From Sphaerodactylus townsendi (taxonomy: Eukaryota): a stretch of DNA of 64,000 nt. How positions within the stretch are numbered: the first letter of the stretch is position 1; each line of letters starts with the position of its first letter. Where the stretch lies: contig NC_059428.1 of NCBI RefSeq assembly GCF_021028975.2, forward strand, positions 992,001 through 1,056,000, in the 5' to 3' direction. Position numbers and translations under genes: made by a program. The notes under the pieces were generated by a model. That model was not told the DNA's origin. It did not search any database and saw nothing but the letters and a program-made list of their open reading frames with translations. Shown one piece after another: positions 61,761 to 64,000 of the stretch.

Positions 61761-62579
61761 TTTTGTCCATTCAGATTAATCTCCAGAGATGACTGGCCAG
61801 TACTGAACTCTCCCTTGGGGTATCCAGGAGGCCTCCAGCATAGTGTGGGGACCAGTCTGTCAAAGGACCCCCAGCAAGCCTGCTTCTGCTTTCAGGCCTA
61901 CAGCAGAGGTCTGGCTCTGGGGCTTCTGCCTTCAGTGGCTGTAGGTGGAGGCCTTCTTGGTGGCGGCTTCCTGGCTGCAGATGCAGCTCTTGGGGCCTAC
62001 AGAGAGCAATTTTAGAAGTGGGCTGAAGGTGGCTCCCGGGGATGTAATCAGTGATGTGTTTGGCACTCTCTGCCATGACACTTTCATCAGTGCTGCTTTT
62101 ATTGTGTTGTGGTTCAATTCTTTTTAGGTTTAAATTGACAGTTCTTAACTGTCTGTGCATAGCTGTTTTGAGAGCTTTGTTTGCAAGGGGAGCGTGGAAA
62201 TCCTCCAACAGAGACAGTGCCTGTCTGGGGTGTGCGTGTGTGTAAATTATGATGCAACCTTTATTTGTAATTCCTGCAGGAGCCCCTGATGATCTTTGTA
62301 GGTATAGTTCCTTTCCTAAGAAAGGGAAGGCCTCAAGTGGTGCTTTGAAAGGAGTGAATTGCCAGTGTTGTCCTGAGAGGACAGCTCAATGCAGATGTTG
62401 GGGATAAAGGCCAGTGGAGAGGGCCCATCAGAACAGCCCAGGATCTCTCAGACCTGGCAGGATCTCAAGGCATGTGGCACGTGATAGATGAGTCCTTTTC
62501 ACCTTGGCTATGGAGGAAGAGTTGCCAACTGGGAGACGGGCTTCTGACTCCATTGGGGCCATTCTGACTCCTCTGGCAG

Positions 62580-62682
62580 GTATTTGATGTGCCTCCCCAA
62601 GGAGTTCGGAAATGCATCGTCTCCACCAACATCGCTGAGACATCAGTTACCATTGACGGTGTCCGCTTTGTGGTTGATTCAG
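62580..62682 (+). CDS. DHX34: DHX34 exon
   Basis: [34 protein letters not shown]. Confidence 0.95.
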
Positions 62683-63055
62683 GTAAGAGACAGCCTCTCT
62701 GGGCCCTCTGGTGCTGCCGGGAGTCTGAAGCTTGAGGCAAAGCACTTTTTCTCTTTGGCCCCGCAACAAGTGAGTTGTTGGCTTCCCCCTTGGTTTCCAC
62801 AGGTGCTGGGGGCAGGGGTCTGCTCCAGGGACCATTGGCTTTATTATTCTCTAAAGAGAATGTCTAGTTGTTTAGCAGGTGGTTGCAAATGGACAGATGT
62901 TCAAGAGGTGCTGAGCGGTAGGCCCAGGAGAGCTGTGATGAAGTCTGTGAATTTGCTTCCTCCCTAAGAACCAGAATCAGCCTCTAGTTCTGGGCCCGGT
63001 GCTTTCTGAGCAGCTCCTGGCTTCGCCCTGTTCTGACCCACCGTCTGCCTTGCAG

Positions 63056-63273
63056 GGAAAGTGAAGGAGCTCAGCTATGACCCCAAGGCCAAGCTGCAGC
63101 GGCTGCAGGAGTTCTGGGTCAGTCAAGCCAGTGCCGAGCAACGCAAGGGGCGTGCTGGCCGGACGGGGCCTGGAGTCTGCTACCGGCTGTATGCTGAGAC
63201 GGACTACAATGCCTTTCCTGCCTACTCAGTGCCAGAGATCCAGCGTGTGGCGCTTGATGCCCTGGTGCTTCAG
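63056..63273 (+). CDS. DHX34: DHX34 exon (gene continues beyond the window)
   Basis: KVKELSYDP...[12 protein letters not shown]...[15 protein letters not shown]. Confidence 0.95.
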
Positions 63274-63809
63274 GTGAGGGGCCAGGTCTGGGAGCGTGAG
63301 AGCTGTCTGACTCCCGCACTGTGGGAGAGGCCAAGTTCTAGCCATAGCTGTAGCCAGAGTAGCGTCCTCTCGTGGCTGCCAGATTTTCTCTTAGCTGAAA
63401 CTAGGGAGGCTTGTGGCAGCACAGCCCAGTCTGGAGTGCAGCTCAAGCCAAAATCAGCTTCTGCACTTCAGTCTGAGCCCAGAGGGCCTGCAACAGGACT
63501 TTACCCCAGGAAACCCGTAGCCCCGGCATCTCTGGGCCAAATAGCATTCCTCACGGCGGGTCTAATAGAAACCTCTGTGTGTCCAAGGAAACCCAAGGGT
63601 TGGCTTAGTTAGTAGATAACCCCTGAAGTCAAGACGGGATGAAATCTTGAAGGGGGAAGGAAAGGGAAAGGAAGTTTCTCTCATGTTTGGACACAAGTCA
63701 TTCACACGTATGTTGCTTCTCTTTCCCAGCTGCTTCTGGGACATCCTGTTTCTGTTTCAGTGACAGGATCCTCGTTTGGGGGCAAAAGAGGGCGGAGTGA
63801 CTTGCAAAG

Positions 63810-63812
63810 TAT

Positions 63813-63855
<43 letters not shown>

Positions 63856-63856
63856 T
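63810..63856 (+). repeat. (TTTA)n microsatellite
   Basis: Tandem TATT run. Confidence 0.9.
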
Positions 63857-64000
63857 ATTTTAGATTTCTAGGCCGCCTCTTCCCCGGAGGCGGCCTAGAA
63901 ATCTAAAATACACCCCTGCTGTCATCCGTTCACCAGGGTGACAGCAGCAGAGTGGAGAGACTCAATTCCTCTGCCACGAACACAGTCCCGGGTCCTGCCT

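Noticed and set aside
61771-62208. 145-aa minus ORF in a DHX34 intron, possible processed pseudogene
   Set aside because: No convincing similarity to a protein I recognise

Overview
Vertebrate genomic DNA. The repeat content (CR1, Penelope, CORE-type tRNA SINEs, hAT MITEs, Helitrons) suggests a squamate, probably a gecko; this is an inference. The window carries the gene block syntenic with human 19q13.32. In order: ZC3H4 first coding exon (-), SAE1 (9 exons, complete, 350 aa, +) head-to-head with it, BBC3/PUMA (3 coding exons, 179 aa, -, with p53 and FOXO sites), CCDC9 (+), and the first five coding exons of DHX34 (+). In human, INAFM1/C5AR1/C5AR2 lie between CCDC9 and DHX34; none is recognisable here. 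That interval instead holds an orphan CpG island with a minus-strand TATA/spliced transcript candidate containing a 38-bp pre-miRNA-like hairpin. It is followed by about 18 kb of transposons: a hAT foldback element, tandem Helitrons, CR1 and three Ty3/Gypsy chromoviruses. One chromovirus is full-length with an 11-nt Tf1/sushi-type self-priming site, and another has an uninterrupted 947-codon pol. A Penelope element in SAE1 intron 6 carries hammerhead-ribozyme motifs. Exon models were derived by hand from splice sites, phase and recalled protein similarity; no database searches were run.
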